Shown here: piece after piece, positions 63,282 through 64,000 of the stretch | How the letters are laid out: each line of letters opens with the position of its first letter | Numbering within the stretch: the stretch's first letter is position 1 | Source: a virus | Taxonomy: Duplodnaviria > Caudoviricetes | Reading direction: 5' to 3' (one strand) | IMG/VR virus record: IMGVR_UViG_3300033121_001334 | Coordinates: 1 to 64,000 of that record | DNA length: 64,000 nucleotides | The notes under the pieces: model-generated | Database searches by the model: none | What the model saw: only the letters and a program-made list of their open reading frames with translations | What the model was told of the DNA's origin: nothing | Translations under genes and position numbers: made by a program

Positions 63282-63818
63282 TTATCCAACAGGGGTTAGG
63301 AGTTTCGGACTGAAATGGAAGATTGAGTCTTCCCCGATCTGGACTTCCTTGTCTTCCTTTGCGCGAGTTTCGTCAAGGACTCGGTTGCCTTGACTGTCCT
63401 TGATTATAGGCGCAGTATAGGTTGTGGCAAGAGCCTTACCGTCTCTTGAGTAAGAAAGCATGATCGAAAAGCCCTCAATAGACGAAGGCATTTCCCGAAC
63501 GCTGCCATATTTCTCTAGATTCTTGCTATAGTCTTCAATTGTCTTTTCTTCTGTGTACCAACACTCGCAGATCTGAACGACAGCGATAGGTTTGAATTCA
63601 GCGCATGCTCTTTGAATAAGAGAAGCGATAAGATTCTTGCTTGGCAATCTCTGGTATAGAAAACTTGGAATGTCAACAATTTGATTATCTTTCAAAACGA
63701 GCTTAAAGAGCATTGGTAGTTCTTCCTTAGAAACTTTGAGATATGACTTCATGGTTTCAACTGAAGAACTAATAATGTTTTTGAAAAGCTCTGTATGTTT
63801 CTTTGTTGGGTCCAACAT
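63282..63818 (-). CDS. hypothetical protein (start MLDPT)
   Basis: 178 aa. Confidence 0.65.
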   Translation of the reverse strand: MLDPTKKHTELFKNIISSSVETMKSYLKVSKEELPMLFKLVLKDNQIVDIPSFLYQRLPSKNLIASLIQRACAEFKPIAVVQICECWYTEEKTIEDYSKNLEKYGSVREMPSSIEGFSIMLSYSRDGKALATTYTAPIIKDSQGNRVLDETRAKEDKEVQIGEDSIFHFSPKLLTPVG

Positions 63819-64000
63819 ATTACACCCCGATTGTTTCAGGTTCAGTTTCTTCGACTTCCTGAGCAACAGGAGAAGCAGCAACAGCTTCGTCTCCGTCGCT
63901 AAGCTTCATGATTCGAACGCCATTAGTGCCTCTGTGAGTAATGCGGATTGAATCAGCGGGAATGCGAATCATCTGTCCCTGTTTGGTAATAAACACAATG

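Noticed and set aside
1-64000. Stop-codon reassignment (alternative genetic code)
   Set aside because: Long conserved proteins (RtcB, helicase, MTases) are intact in code 11, TAG/TGA end real genes, and no suppressor tRNA was found

Overview
This 64 kb window looks like part of a large (jumbo-type) bacteriophage genome. It has densely packed, mostly minus-strand, mostly hypothetical ORFs in standard code 11, no rRNA, no housekeeping operons, no CRISPR array and no virion structural genes. Host is tentatively Planctomycetota-like, inferred from a dockerin-type secreted protein and a coiled-coil/wHTH protein. The left half (1-28 kb) holds a dispersed tRNA array: about 14 intact or near-intact tRNAs (two with ORF-less group I introns), several degenerate tRNA-like elements, six free-standing endonucleases and two large ORF-free structured RNAs with sigma70-type promoters. 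About 30 copies of the motif ACTAAACTT punctuate it. Two systems stand out. (1) Two classical-looking ribosome-mediated transcription attenuators sit upstream of tRNA clusters. Leader MNTNFNSLLCGLLLLE precedes six tRNA-Leu genes, and leader MNSIVVHQVIWHVITSRGSDC precedes Trp/Val/His/Ile tRNAs. Each has mutually exclusive antiterminator/terminator helices. (2) Three tRNA genes (Lys, Val, Leu) are split into 5' and 3' remnants by a cassette of endonuclease + small ORF + intact replacement tRNA with the same anticodon. At 29-33 kb there is a GC-skew switch with short direct repeats and a 30-bp perfect palindrome. The right half encodes RtcB, an Rnl2-like ligase, a NUDIX hydrolase, YqhA, an SF2 helicase, HA-domain proteins, DNA methyltransferases and many hypothetical proteins. 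All calls are by eye, without database searches.
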